DNA of 64,000 nt from Anaerohalosphaeraceae bacterium (GCA_963675525.2 CAXXSL010000013.1:184253-248252), one strand, 5' to 3'; positions 36,796 to 47,100 are shown, numbered from the stretch's first letter. Numbers and translations: made by a program. Notes: a model not told the origin generated them from the letters alone.

Positions 36796-37182
36796 TTACT
36801 GCTGACTGTCAACGGTTTCGATCTTTTCGACTCGGCTGCTGTAGCCGATACCGTACTGCCCGAAGCCTCTTTCGGTGAGAAAGAAGATGGTGGACTCCTC
36901 CGCCTGATCGATCTGAACAGCGCTTTCGCGTTTGGCATCGTCAAAAAATTCCTTTGCGACGCCCTCGCCAAAACAGACGGTGTGGTCCAGTGCGGTCACG
37001 GGGTAATCAGTGATAAGCTGCTGGAGCCGCTTTCGCGTCAGGTGCATACCACCGGCCAGCGACTGGTGTTCTCCGCCGGCATCCAGTTTGTGCCAAGTGT
37101 CTCCCGCCGCTGACTTCGTGCGGATGTAGATACTTCCCGATTTTGTGTGATAATGTATCTGCATATTGAACACCCTAAACAC
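36796..37182 (-). CDS. Hypothetical protein
   Basis: 128-aa ORF with no motif recognised. A plus-strand ORF (36745-37113) overlaps it, so strand choice is tentative. Confidence 0.35.
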   Translation of the reverse strand: MFRVFNMQIHYHTKSGSIYIRTKSAAGDTWHKLDAGGEHQSLAGGMHLTRKRLQQLITDYPVTALDHTVCFGEGVAKEFFDDAKRESAVQIDQAEESTIFFLTERGFGQYGIGYSSRVEKIETVDSQQ

Positions 37183-37573
37183 AATTCGGCCCCCATTTTC
37201 AGGTTACCCGTTTTCTACGATTACCAGGTTTTTCATTATACCAAAAAGCTGGATAAAATATGAAGATTTTGTAAGGGAAAATAGCTCGCAGTACATTTTT
37301 TTTTAATAATAGCGAGACATCGAAAAGGGAGCTGTATTTTATAGGACGATTCTAAAGCAAAACAAAAACTTTTTTTCGGCCATTCAGAGAACCGCCAAAG
37401 CGGATCGTATGCAAGAACAAGCGCAATGGCGCAAGTCGGAATTGGGCGGTTTTAAGAATTTCGGAAAGCTTTTCTAATTACATGACAAGCACTCCTACCT
37501 CCTTAATTTACCTTGAGTTGCCCGAATGAAAAGGAAAGTAAGTATCCGTGTTACGCATCATAGTTTGATTCGA

Positions 37574-39073
37574 TTAGTCTGCCTGAAAAATCGACTTCAT
37601 GTAGCGCGTGTTCGCGCCGAAGTTCCACACGACGTCACGGGGATTGCTTTGGTCGCGGGACCGTTCGATGACAAGCCAACCACTGTAGCCCATGCTGTCG
37701 AGGGTTTCTTTGACTTTTTTCATGTCCAGCCGGGTGTTGTTTTCCAGCCACACGCCGTCTTCATCGGTACAGTGAATCTGGCAGATGCGGTCTTTGCCGA
37801 GGGTCTTCAGTTCGCCGATCAGGTCGCGGCCGTTCTGCAGGGGATTGGAGAAGTTGAAATATATTTTAATGGCGGGCGAGCCGATTTCTTCGAGCAGTTT
37901 AACCTCGCCGGCGGCATCCAGCGCTGTTTCAATGCCGATGACAACCCCGGCCGCTTCGGCGGCGGCGCCGGCGGCTTTGAGCCGCTGGACGACGGCCGGA
38001 CGCAGTTCCGGATGCTGGACAAGGTCGTTGCTGACACCCAGCGGCAGAAAGGCCACCTTGACATTCATGGCTTTCATGGTGTCAATACAGTCCTGCACCA
38101 TGCGCCCTGCGGTCGGGCGTTCGGCAAAGGACTGGGCGTAGAACCCGGACATGGCAACCGAGCATATTTCGAGATTAAACTTTTTGGCTTCATCCAGAAA
38201 TTTCTGACGTTCAGCGGGATCACCGAGTTTACTGTCAAAGGTTTCGCGCTGGCCCAGGCTTCCCATATCCAATTCCACACCGTCGGCGCCGATTTGACTC
38301 GTCCGTTCGAACGCCCCGAGTTTCTGACGCTTGAGGATCATCCAGTCGCAGACGGCGATTTTATAGCGTTGTCCGGCCTGAACATCACTCTTGTCTGTGT
38401 TTTTGGACGAGCCGCTTCTGATTCTGGCTTCGCGTTCTTTGGACGCCTTTTTCAGATCATACCCTTGCGCGGACAGATAATTGTTGATCCGGCCCTTGTA
38501 TTTGCCGAACACGCCGTGTTTTGCCTTGGAGGAACCGGCATCCATGGCGATTTCGCGTGCCTCCACCAAATGCCCCATGATCGTTTTCTTCTGCTCGTCC
38601 GTTAAATCGCCGATCATATCCAGGTAGCCGTTATAGGTGACCTGAACCACGCCGTAGGTCATGCCGTCCTTGACCTGATCGATCTGCTCAGCGGAAAGCA
38701 GCGCCGAGAGCTTGACAAGGTATTGAACATGCAGCTTATCCAACAGTGACTGGGTATACTCCTGTAATATTTGTATCGCGGCATCAGCAACCTCTTTGTT
38801 ATCGCTGAACTGAGTCTTGATGTCCTGAATCCGGTCATCGCGTGCATCGTGCAGCATGCTCAGGCTGCGGTACTGGCCTGCAATGATGTTGCGCACCTGC
38901 AGGGCTTTGTCGCCGTCGGCGATGTTGAGGGTGTCGACGATTTTCCCAGCCCGCCCGTTGATGACCTCGGTATAGGCCGGGTCCGGGTCCTGCACAACCG
39001 AGTCAGCCCAAACCGGCACCGATAAAAAAATAAACGCAAATAGCATGCTTAAAATATATTTTTGCTTTACCAT
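37574..39073 (-). CDS. Secreted DUF3826-like domain fused to a xylose-isomerase-like TIM-barrel (sugar phosphate isomerase/epimerase) domain
   Basis: 499 aa. Signal peptide MVKQKYILSMLFAFIFLSVPVWA. The N-terminal half resembles DUF3826 (RAGKIVDTLNI.D..KALQVRNIIAGQY). The C-terminal half has a TIM-barrel AP-endonuclease-2/IolE-like pattern (GADGVELD, GIETALD, IHCTDEDG). Confidence 0.6.
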   Translation of the reverse strand: MVKQKYILSMLFAFIFLSVPVWADSVVQDPDPAYTEVINGRAGKIVDTLNIADGDKALQVRNIIAGQYRSLSMLHDARDDRIQDIKTQFSDNKEVADAAIQILQEYTQSLLDKLHVQYLVKLSALLSAEQIDQVKDGMTYGVVQVTYNGYLDMIGDLTDEQKKTIMGHLVEAREIAMDAGSSKAKHGVFGKYKGRINNYLSAQGYDLKKASKEREARIRSGSSKNTDKSDVQAGQRYKIAVCDWMILKRQKLGAFERTSQIGADGVELDMGSLGQRETFDSKLGDPAERQKFLDEAKKFNLEICSVAMSGFYAQSFAERPTAGRMVQDCIDTMKAMNVKVAFLPLGVSNDLVQHPELRPAVVQRLKAAGAAAEAAGVVIGIETALDAAGEVKLLEEIGSPAIKIYFNFSNPLQNGRDLIGELKTLGKDRICQIHCTDEDGVWLENNTRLDMKKVKETLDSMGYSGWLVIERSRDQSNPRDVVWNFGANTRYMKSIFQAD

Positions 39074-39222
39074 GATAGTTCTCCAATAGTGTTTGTGACG
39101 ATCAGACGATTCTTAGGACGGCGCCCGGTCCAGGCTGCTGTGCGGCCGAGAGTGATTATAATCCATCGCCTCCCGATCCGCAACATATCTTAATTCGTTA
39201 ATAAGGCGAGAATGGGCTCCCC

Positions 39223-40557
39223 CTAATCTGAAAAATACTTCTCTGCATACGGTATAAACACAGGCCAATTCGGGCCGACGGTGTGGCCTCCGGCGTGTTG
39301 TCGAAAGGCGATTTCTCCCTCAACGAGTGCTGTCTCCTGTTGAGGGAACTCTGCAGTACCTAAACCTTTTTTACCTAACAGTTCATAGACCGGACCGGCG
39401 TGAACCCCTGCTAAAAACATCCCCTTTGCATCGATCCATTGCCCTTCGACCTCCGGCGAGCCGACACTGATAAACACCGGCCGCGGCGCACACAAAGCAA
39501 TCAGTTCGTGCGCATCAACCGGCAGATCCAGCGGTGTCAAGGGGCCTGCATATTTGATAAAGTTAGGGGCAAACCAGTGATACTCCCCGCTGGAAGCCAG
39601 GTTTTCCACCTGTTCCCCGAAAACCCGGCGAAGTATTTTCGCACCGCCGGCCCCCGATGAACCGATGAATCCGATCGCAAAACGCCGGTCATAGGCGAAT
39701 GTCACGAGCGCCGCTTTGCCGTAACGCGAGAGACCTTCAATGACCACACGCCTCTCGTCGACATCGAGGTTGGTTTCAAAATAATCCATTGCTCGACTGG
39801 CGCCCCATGCCCAGGCACGCAACGCGCCCCAGTCGTCGAGTTTTCGCGGCGCCCCCTTATTCACCAGGCCGATGATTCCTTCCCGAAGTCCGGCTCCGTT
39901 ATCAGCCTGGACACTGGTGGGATACAAAACAGCACACCCCCATCCCTTTCCCAAAACCTGCTGCTGCCAGGTCGGCCCGTCCTGTTGAGGCGGTGTCCAT
40001 CCGCCGAAATCCCAGCCGAGTTCGAGGATAACCGGCACAGGTCCGGCGGCATTTTTAGGGATCGTCAGGATCATCTGAATATCAACGGCAATCGCCGGAC
40101 ACGTCGAATTATCCACATGCCCGACAAGCTTTTTGGTGATGACGCCAATGCCGCCGTCAACGGTGTCTTCTTCGCTGACGGTTTCCCATGTTACGGCCGG
40201 TGTTTGTGCGGGAACGCGTCCGTAAATTTCGCGGTCAAAATCCTCGAAGATCTCTAATTTGCGTTTTTCCCATTGCTCCGCTGTCGCCACGGTTGTGCCG
40301 TTTTTAAAAACAAGTGGATTCGGTAATGATGTATACGGTGTGGCTTTAGACTCATCCGTATTGGCCGCATTCGCTGCCTTGGGATTGGCCGATGGCCCCG
40401 GTCGCAGTTCCGTGATGCCCAGCCGCTCCATCATTAACTGATGGTCTTCCCGACTCAGCCGGCCGATGCGTTCTCGCTGCTCCTGTCGCGATTCTCCAAA
40501 AACCGGCACACCCAATAAAGTGCTCATAATAACCAAAAGGATAGTTTTCTTTATCAT
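39223..40557 (-). CDS. Carbohydrate esterase family 15 (glucuronoyl esterase)-like protein
   Basis: Start placed at ATG 40557 (MIKKTILLVIMSTLLGVPVFG signal peptide, AAGGA 7 nt upstream). The nucleophile-elbow region IEGLSRYGKAAL resembles the CE15 motif G-C-S-R-x-G-K. Alpha/beta-hydrolase length. Confidence 0.6.
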   Translation of the reverse strand: MIKKTILLVIMSTLLGVPVFGESRQEQRERIGRLSREDHQLMMERLGITELRPGPSANPKAANAANTDESKATPYTSLPNPLVFKNGTTVATAEQWEKRKLEIFEDFDREIYGRVPAQTPAVTWETVSEEDTVDGGIGVITKKLVGHVDNSTCPAIAVDIQMILTIPKNAAGPVPVILELGWDFGGWTPPQQDGPTWQQQVLGKGWGCAVLYPTSVQADNGAGLREGIIGLVNKGAPRKLDDWGALRAWAWGASRAMDYFETNLDVDERRVVIEGLSRYGKAALVTFAYDRRFAIGFIGSSGAGGAKILRRVFGEQVENLASSGEYHWFAPNFIKYAGPLTPLDLPVDAHELIALCAPRPVFISVGSPEVEGQWIDAKGMFLAGVHAGPVYELLGKKGLGTAEFPQQETALVEGEIAFRQHAGGHTVGPNWPVFIPYAEKYFSD

Positions 40558-40905
40558 CGTCATTCCTTTACACAGTGTAACCATGACAGACCAACACCAA
40601 TTCTACCAAAGACCCCCCGCAGGATAAAGAAAAATCATCCACATACCAGCCTGCTCTACTCCGGCGAACAAGGATTCTTATTGGACAAACAACTCGGTTC
40701 TCAGTATAATAGGGAAGTATATGAGACGAATTAAAGAGGGCAGAGACCTTTTTTGTCGCCCGAGGACGATGATTCAAAAGGAGAATTTTTCAATACACAT
40801 ACAATTAATGATTTTTGCAATTCCGATATACATAAAAATATATTTTTTAGAAGTAAGATTGCATGACGGAAAAGATTATCCATTTATTTTGCTGGAGGAC
40901 ATGAA

Positions 40906-41652
40906 ATGAAAACAAACCGAATATTATTAATAGTTTCTGTTGTGATAATTAGTATTGTTAGTCTCTTTCTGTTTAAAGGATGTAAAGAGAATGATACGAT
41001 TGTGAAGGAAAAAGACACAGTGCTGTTTTCGATAGGAAATAAATTGTATTTCGAAATACCTGTTAACAAGGTTCATGAATACACCCTTGCCGAGAACGAA
41101 ACTCTTTTTAATCCATCCGAAAATGCCCATGAGAACAAAAAGAGTGTCATAGATATCTTCGGTCTTACACCGACGGTCGTTTATTATCTTAACGAAAAGG
41201 TGCTCCAAAGAAAGACTCTTTCTTACGATCAACAATTAAGTGTTAGTGTTTTGAGAGGGCCTTTTTATCTTCATTTGGACACATCGAGTAGCTCACTCGA
41301 TTTAAGGGTTGATGGGTTTATTTGTCGTCAAATTGATTTCAAAATTGTCTCAGGCTACCCGTTAGAGCCGTTTCTCAACGATAGTATGAAAGTTTTATTG
41401 CGTGACAATCAGTTTAATTCTACCGTTATTAATAATGTCGATGATTCCTGTTTGTTTCCTCTAATATTTGATCGGAAAGTGCTTGATAACTCGGGGAAGT
41501 ATGATATTTCAATTATTCCGGAAACAGTGATAGATGAATCATTGTATATGTCTGCAAAAAACGCGAAGTGCATATTAAGAGTTAGCAATTCCGATTTTGG
41601 GTTACTGGTAAGTGTCTTAAAAGCTTATACTTCTTATATGGAGGTGAAATAG
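40906..41652 (+). CDS. Hypothetical lipoprotein (AT-rich gene next to IS remnant)
   Basis: 248 aa. Signal plus lipobox-like LFLFKGC. Visibly lower GC than the flanks. No motif recognised. Confidence 0.5.
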   Translation: MKTNRILLIVSVVIISIVSLFLFKGCKENDTIVKEKDTVLFSIGNKLYFEIPVNKVHEYTLAENETLFNPSENAHENKKSVIDIFGLTPTVVYYLNEKVLQRKTLSYDQQLSVSVLRGPFYLHLDTSSSSLDLRVDGFICRQIDFKIVSGYPLEPFLNDSMKVLLRDNQFNSTVINNVDDSCLFPLIFDRKVLDNSGKYDISIIPETVIDESLYMSAKNAKCILRVSNSDFGLLVSVLKAYTSYMEVK

Positions 41653-41659
41653 GGAAAAC

Positions 41660-42548
41660 GAAGAAACTATGGGGAGAAATAAAGGGTTAATTAAAGAAAC
41701 TATGAAAGCCAGATACTCGGGGACGAATTTGTTATAATCGTCCCCAAGACGTGCTCGTCACAGGGACGGCACAAAAATTTATTCTCGTAAATTTTAGGAG
41801 TATCTGGCATGGAGACTATTTTAGCGATTGATCTGGGCAAAAACAAGAGCGTCTTTTGTGAAATGAGTCGCCGTTCTTTAAAAACTCAATATCGCACCGT
41901 TCGCACACGTTCCGAAGTATTCCACGACATTTTCACCGAACTGGACGCGGCCCATTCGATAGTACTGTTCGAGGTCGGCAGTCAGGCCGGCTGGGTTTCG
42001 GACATGTTGCGGACCATGGGCCTCGACTTTAAAGTCGCCAACACCAATGACCCGGCGTGGAAGTGGGCCAACAATCCTACCAAGAGCGACAAAACGGATG
42101 CCCATCGGCTGGCGATGATGTACCACCACGGTTTTTTTCCGGAGGTTTATATTCCCCGCAAGGAGATCCGTCAAAAACGTTCGTTGATCTATTATCGCCA
42201 AAAGCTTGTCAACCGCATGACACAGGTTAAAAACAGCATCCGGGCCCTGATGTGTACAATGGCCATTGATCTACCGATGGGTCGTAACTGCTGGACGAAA
42301 AAACAACTCAAGGTGTTATCAGAACATACTGTTCCACTTGAGGCTGTTGATGACACCTGCAACTTATGGCGGGGACAGCTTTATTGCGAATTGCAGCAAT
42401 ATGCGGCCTTGCAAGAGCAGTTAACGAATGTGACCGCTAAACTGGATGCACTGAACAAGCAAAAATCGGCAGTAACCTTACTGCAAACCGTTCCCGGCGA
42501 GAAACTAAAGGTTCCCCGAGAAACTAAAGGTTCCCGGAACCTTTTTTG
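41660..42548 (+). mobile_element. IS110-family insertion sequence remnant (transposase 3'-truncated)
   Basis: Non-coding 5' region (41660-41808) with hairpin GGGGACGAATTTGTTATAATCGTCCCC. Then a DEDD/RuvC-like IS110 transposase N-domain. The coding similarity stops at LLQTVPG (about 42490), where a perfect 19-bp tandem duplication and a hairpin with T-run follow. Confidence 0.7.
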
Positions 42549-42660
42549 GGTCTTCATCAATTCAAAACTCAAAATTATCGGTTATTTGTTTGACATTCAC
42601 CTAACTTCTGCTAAAATACACCGTGTCGCGTCGGAGACTCGGCGAAGACGGAAAAATTAA
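41809..42660 (+). pseudogene. IS110-family transposase, C-terminal (Transposase_20) domain missing
   Basis: METILAIDLGKNKSVFC...VLFEVGSQAGWVSDML...KSDKTDAHRLAMMY...IRQKRSLIYYRQKLV matches the IS110 DEDD N-domain. After LLQTVPG the expected GVG...HhH/Ser-catalytic domain is replaced by unrelated low-complexity sequence. Confidence 0.7.
42498..42535 (+). repeat. Perfect 19-bp tandem duplication (CGAGAAACTAAAGGTTCCC x2)
   Basis: 42498-42516 is identical to 42517-42535. It sits exactly where IS110 transposase homology ends, and is followed by hairpin AAAGGT-TCCCGGA-ACCTTT plus TTTT. Confidence 0.9.
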
Positions 42661-42907
42661 ATAACATCCTCAGAATGAGCTGAAAAAGAAGGAAATTCCA
42701 CCCAAATCGTCAATTACAGAAGGAGAGCAAAAAATGTCATACCTGCATACGTACATCCGTATATTCTTGTATGCTTTATATCTAAGATATTTATCTCCGT
42801 GTCATTCAGTGCAATATTGTCATCCCGGACACCGATCCGGGACCGTGGTTATAAAATATTTATCTCTTAAATCTCTGTGGTCTCTGTGGCAAAGTATATT
42901 TTTACAA

Positions 42908-43275
42908 AACGAACCCAATTTCCTCCGCAGCAAAATGACTGTAAGTCATTATCTTATCCTGACTTCTATCTTCTATCTCCTGACTTCTGCCTGTAAATCG
43001 AACCCAATACGAACCCAAACCAAACCCAATTTCGGCCCCAAGTACCCCCTACTCGCGCAAGCCGTTTCCAGCCCGGAATCGCCGATTTAGTGTTGGAAAA
43101 ATAAAAAATCGCTTTTTTTGACCCCGTCAACCCCCAAAAAAACAAACCCAATTTAAGCCCCAAGTACCACCACGACAGGATTGCAATATACTGCACTCAA
43201 ACCCCCCAACGGACGCAACACCCCTCTTTTTAATAGCGCCACGCGAACCCAACCAAACCCAACACGAACCCAATA
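42908..43275 (+). repeat. Cluster of short degenerate direct repeats (CGAACCCAA / CAAACCCAATTT...GCCCCAAGTACC)
   Basis: CGAACCCAA at 42910, 42999, 43010, 43244 and 43265. A 29-nt unit CAAACCCAATTTMRGCCCCAAGTACCMCC at 43021-43049 and 43143-43171. Non-coding region between the IS110 remnant and the lepA 3' end. Confidence 0.7.
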
Positions 43276-43307
43276 ATCCCCCCTCTATACCTCCGGCGGC
43301 AAAAAGA

Positions 43308-45107
43308 TCAATCGTCCGACGTATCAAGGATCGACATGAACGCTTCCTGCGGAATGTTGACCATGCCGATGGACTTCATGCGTTTTTTACCTTCCTTCTG
43401 CTTCTTGAGCAGTTTCATTTTCCGCGTAACATCGCCGCCATAAAGTTTGGCGGTCACATCCTTGCGGTAGGCCCGGATGGTTTCGCGGGCAATGATCTTG
43501 CCGCCGATGCAGACCTGCAAGGGGATTTCGAACTGGTGCTTCGGAATCGCCCGGCGCAGTTTGATCAGCAGCCGGCGGCCGCGTGCTTCGGCCTTGGTGC
43601 GGTGAACGATCAGGCCAAGCGCATCGACCGGCGTGCCGTTAATGAGAAAATCGATTCGGACGAGATTGCCCTTCTCAAACGCCATGAACTCATAGTCCAT
43701 CGTCGCATAGCCCCGGCTGATGCCCTTGAGCTGGTCATAGAAATCATACACGATCTCCGCCAGCGGCGCCTTGTATTCCATCATCACACGCGTGGGCGAC
43801 AGGTATTCGGTCTTGATGAGGCTGCTCCGGCGGTCGTCGGCCAGTTTCATAATGCCGCCGATGGATTCTGCGGTGGTGATGATTTCCAGCTTGACCATCG
43901 GCTCACGAATCTCAGCGATCTTCTGCACCTCCGGCAGTTCACTGGGCGAATCGATGCGCTTGACATCACCGGTAGTCGTGAGAATCTCGTAGCTAACCGT
44001 TGGCGCCGTCTGGAGCACATCGACATCGTTTTCGCGTTCCAGCCGTTCCTGCACGATCTCCATGTGCAGCAGACCCAGGAACCCGCAGCGAAACCCAAAG
44101 CCCAACGCCGGTGAACTCTGCGGGGTAAAACTGAAGCTGGAGTCGTTCAGCGCCAGTTTGTCAAACGCCGCTCGCAGTTTGGGATAATCGGTTGTGCCGC
44201 CGGGATAAAAATCGGAAAACACCATCTGCATCGGCGGCTGATAGCCCGGCAGCGGTTTGTCAGTCGGTTCGGCAAAGTCGGTGATCGTATCGCCAATCGT
44301 CACATCGGCCAGCTTCTTGATGTTGGCAACAACATAGCCCACTTCGCCGGTGCCGATTTCGTCGACTGCCGTTGCATACGGCGTAAATTTGCCCAGTTCC
44401 GAAATCGTATAGGTACGGCCCGAACTCATGAAGCTAATCTTCTGGCGTTTGGTCAGCTTACCCTCAAACACACGAACATGGGCGATCACACCGCGGTATT
44501 CGTCGGAATGGCTGTCGTAAATCAGGGCAGCAGTCGGCTTGTCGGATTTGTCTTCCGGGGCGGGCAGTTTTGTGACAATCGCTTCCAGCAGCGCATCGAC
44601 GCCTTCACCGGTTTTGGCGCTGAGCGGAAAACATTCTTCTTCCGTAATACCGATGACATGCTCAACTTCCTCAATGACACGGTCCGGCTGGGCCGCAGGC
44701 AGATCGATCTTGTTGATAACCCCGAGTATCTCGCACCCCGCTTCGACCGCCAGGTACGTATTGGCAACCGTCTGGGCCTCAACGCCCTGGCTGGCATCGA
44801 CCACCAGCAGCGCCCCTTCACAGGCCGCCAATGAGCGGGACACTTCGTAGTGGAAATCCACATGCCCCGGCGTGTCGATCAGGTTCAGCATATACGTTTT
44901 TCCCTTGTACGTATAATTCATGGTGACCGACGAGGCTTTGATGGTGATGCCGCGTTCCCGCTCCAGATCCATGTCGTCGAGGAGCTGTTCCTTCATGTCG
45001 CGCTCGGTGATCGCACCTGTACGCTCCATAATGCGGTCGGCCAGCGTGCTCTTGCCATGGTCGATATGGGCAACGATCGAGAAATTACGTATATGTTCAA
45101 GACTCAT
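43308..45107 (-). CDS. lepA: Translation elongation factor 4 (LepA)
   Basis: Start placed at ATG 45107 (MSLEHIRNFSIVAHIDHGKSTLADR), not the upstream alternative start at 45239. G-domain motifs AHIDHGKST, DTPGHVDF, NKID. LepA-specific C-terminal domain. Confidence 0.95.
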   Translation of the reverse strand: MSLEHIRNFSIVAHIDHGKSTLADRIMERTGAITERDMKEQLLDDMDLERERGITIKASSVTMNYTYKGKTYMLNLIDTPGHVDFHYEVSRSLAACEGALLVVDASQGVEAQTVANTYLAVEAGCEILGVINKIDLPAAQPDRVIEEVEHVIGITEEECFPLSAKTGEGVDALLEAIVTKLPAPEDKSDKPTAALIYDSHSDEYRGVIAHVRVFEGKLTKRQKISFMSSGRTYTISELGKFTPYATAVDEIGTGEVGYVVANIKKLADVTIGDTITDFAEPTDKPLPGYQPPMQMVFSDFYPGGTTDYPKLRAAFDKLALNDSSFSFTPQSSPALGFGFRCGFLGLLHMEIVQERLERENDVDVLQTAPTVSYEILTTTGDVKRIDSPSELPEVQKIAEIREPMVKLEIITTAESIGGIMKLADDRRSSLIKTEYLSPTRVMMEYKAPLAEIVYDFYDQLKGISRGYATMDYEFMAFEKGNLVRIDFLINGTPVDALGLIVHRTKAEARGRRLLIKLRRAIPKHQFEIPLQVCIGGKIIARETIRAYRKDVTAKLYGGDVTRKMKLLKKQKEGKKRMKSIGMVNIPQEAFMSILDTSDD

Positions 45108-45288
45108 AAAGTTCCTTATTCTTTCAGTGTCAGCAAAACGGGTGATTATACTAAATCGAAAAGCGAAAAACAAGGGCTGCGATGAGACGGATGAGGGCAT
45201 TTTAACAACTTTGGCCCTTTTTCGGCAAATAAATGACAAGAAAATCGTTGTTTGTCTGGGTCTAAGCTGTTAAAATGCCACGACCTAA

Positions 45289-45363
45289 CGGGGTGTAGCT
45301 CAGTTTGGCTAGAGTGCATGACTGGGGGTCATGAGGTCGCAGGTTCAAGTCCTGTCACCCCGA
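45289..45363 (+). tRNA. tRNA-Pro (anticodon GGG)
   Basis: 75-nt cloverleaf folded by hand. Acceptor CGGGGTG/CACCCCG, D arm GCTC-AGTTTGGCTA-GAGT, anticodon arm CATGA-CTGGGGG-TCATG (U33, GGG, G37), variable AGGTC, T arm GCAGG-TTCAAGT-CCTGT, discriminator A. No encoded CCA. Confidence 0.9.
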
Positions 45364-45369
45364 CTGGAT

Positions 45370-45412
45370 GCGGCATCGGAATGTTACAGGACATCTGATG
45401 CCGCTTTTTTTT
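45370..45412 (+). terminator. Rho-independent terminator after tRNA-Pro
   Basis: GCGGCATC (45370-45377) pairs with GATGCCGC (45397-45404), followed by T8. Confidence 0.65.
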
Positions 45413-45663
45413 CATTCATACCACCATTTTTTCAGTGCCGCCCGATAATTGCCAAAATCATTACCCAAAACCCATGTCAACCGGCAGGTCCGGGATTATC
45501 GCGGGCCTGTCTTTTTTTATGGAAAGAGTGACTCTTTCTCGTTTAAGGCTTTAAAAAATATAAAAAAGAGGCGTAAAATAATTTTTGAGATTTTTAAAAT
45601 GGAGATAGTTTTCATGTTCCGTTTTCATATAATAAGTGATTATTAAATAGAAAGGAGACAAAC

Positions 45664-47100
45664 ATGAAATCACAAAATCAAATCTTAACTAACACCATTT
45701 TGTATGTATCGATCTTCTTATTGACAGTATTATCGAGTCAGATAAAAGCTGAAGAAAAACAGTGGGTGGTTTTTCGTGACAATATCCCGCAAGAAATTGA
45801 ACGATTTCATATCAAAATGGAGTTCACTCAATCAAGTGCCCGATTCTACGATTCTTCTCAGCAGGGGATAAAGTCTGAAGAAATTGAAGGCAGCAAGAAG
45901 AAAGATGCATATAAACATCAGCTTGATTTCGGAGCAGAGGTTGATGGAAATCAATATGTGGTCATGGTCAAAGATTCCAGTGATGTGGGCATTATCAGCC
46001 AAAATTCTGAACGTCTAGTGATGGCAAAAGTTCTTCGCATCAAAGATAAAAAGAAACCCGAAACAGTGAAGGAAGGAATTATCTCTCTCCACAGAGATCT
46101 GGAACTCCCGCTTGAAGTATCACCGGAACAACTCAGTGTTCCATTTAACGAACCGATCAAAGGAACTTTGGAAATAAACCTCTATAGCAATAATCCCCCC
46201 GTTTATGAGGGTCGTTGCCGTACTGTTTTGTATGGAACTCTTTCGGGGTCAACCTCAACTGAAGCTGCATTGCTCGATACTTCCATAGCATGTAGAAGTT
46301 CCTTAGAACTGAAGGATCGATATCTAAGTTTGTCATTGACACCATTTGATGAACAGATGGCTCCCGCCGCCTATAATGGGAGGATATCTGATACACTGAT
46401 GCTTGGTTCTGCAAAGCTTGTTGTAGAGAAAATGGCTTCGGACAGCTCTGAGCTGGTTATCGCCCTTTTGGATGGAGACCTGGTTCAAGCCAGAAAACAA
46501 GATGACACGTTGGTAACCATTGGCAAACCTTTCCCTGATTTTGCCCGTGTTGAATTAGTCAAACGTCAGCTTGTAACTTTAGATGACCTCATAAAAGAGG
46601 CGAGTGTTGATGGTTATGTTGTTTTAATATTTGGCGACTTTAAGCAGGCGATGCCGCCACAGTATTTTGGTGGACGACCCCCAATGAGAGGGCTTTCATT
46701 GGATGAAATGATGATTTCAGAGATTCTCAAAAAAGACACTGAAAAGCCTGTGGTGATTACTTTTATCTGTCAGCAATTATCACTCGCTGACTTATATGAG
46801 AAGTGGTTAGGGCATGACCCTGAATTTCATATCCTTTCGGATTTCAGCAATCCGTTAAAAATACAGTTTTTAGGTATTAGTATGGAACCTCACATGATGC
46901 CCCCCCAGGACAGAGAAGAAACCCTGCGAGGAAACCTAAAACTTGATATCCAAAAAGTCGTCACCGGCCTGGTTGATGGAAACGGAGACCTGATTTACCT
47001 AAATACAGATGCAGGTAATGAGTTAGCAGGATCTCTTGTCCAAATAAATAAATTAATAAGAGAGGGCAAAAAGGCGCAACTAGATCAAGACCAATACTGA
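45664..47100 (+). CDS. Hypothetical secreted protein with C-terminal thioredoxin-fold-like (redoxin-like, no CxxC) region
   Basis: 478 aa. Signal peptide (ILYVSIFLLTVLSSQIKA). AT-rich gene. The C-terminal IGKPFPDFARVEL...LVTLDDL...GYVVLIFGDF resembles AhpC/TSA-redoxin topology, but the active-site Cys positions are not Cys. Confidence 0.4.
   Translation: MKSQNQILTNTILYVSIFLLTVLSSQIKAEEKQWVVFRDNIPQEIERFHIKMEFTQSSARFYDSSQQGIKSEEIEGSKKKDAYKHQLDFGAEVDGNQYVVMVKDSSDVGIISQNSERLVMAKVLRIKDKKKPETVKEGIISLHRDLELPLEVSPEQLSVPFNEPIKGTLEINLYSNNPPVYEGRCRTVLYGTLSGSTSTEAALLDTSIACRSSLELKDRYLSLSLTPFDEQMAPAAYNGRISDTLMLGSAKLVVEKMASDSSELVIALLDGDLVQARKQDDTLVTIGKPFPDFARVELVKRQLVTLDDLIKEASVDGYVVLIFGDFKQAMPPQYFGGRPPMRGLSLDEMMISEILKKDTEKPVVITFICQQLSLADLYEKWLGHDPEFHILSDFSNPLKIQFLGISMEPHMMPPQDREETLRGNLKLDIQKVVTGLVDGNGDLIYLNTDAGNELAGSLVQINKLIREGKKAQLDQDQY

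Noticed and set aside
42734-43090. 118-aa ORF, plus antisense ORFs at 42966-43196 and 43127-43327.
   Set aside because: These are translations of the short degenerate repeats (CGAACCCAA and related). No RBS and no protein-like features.
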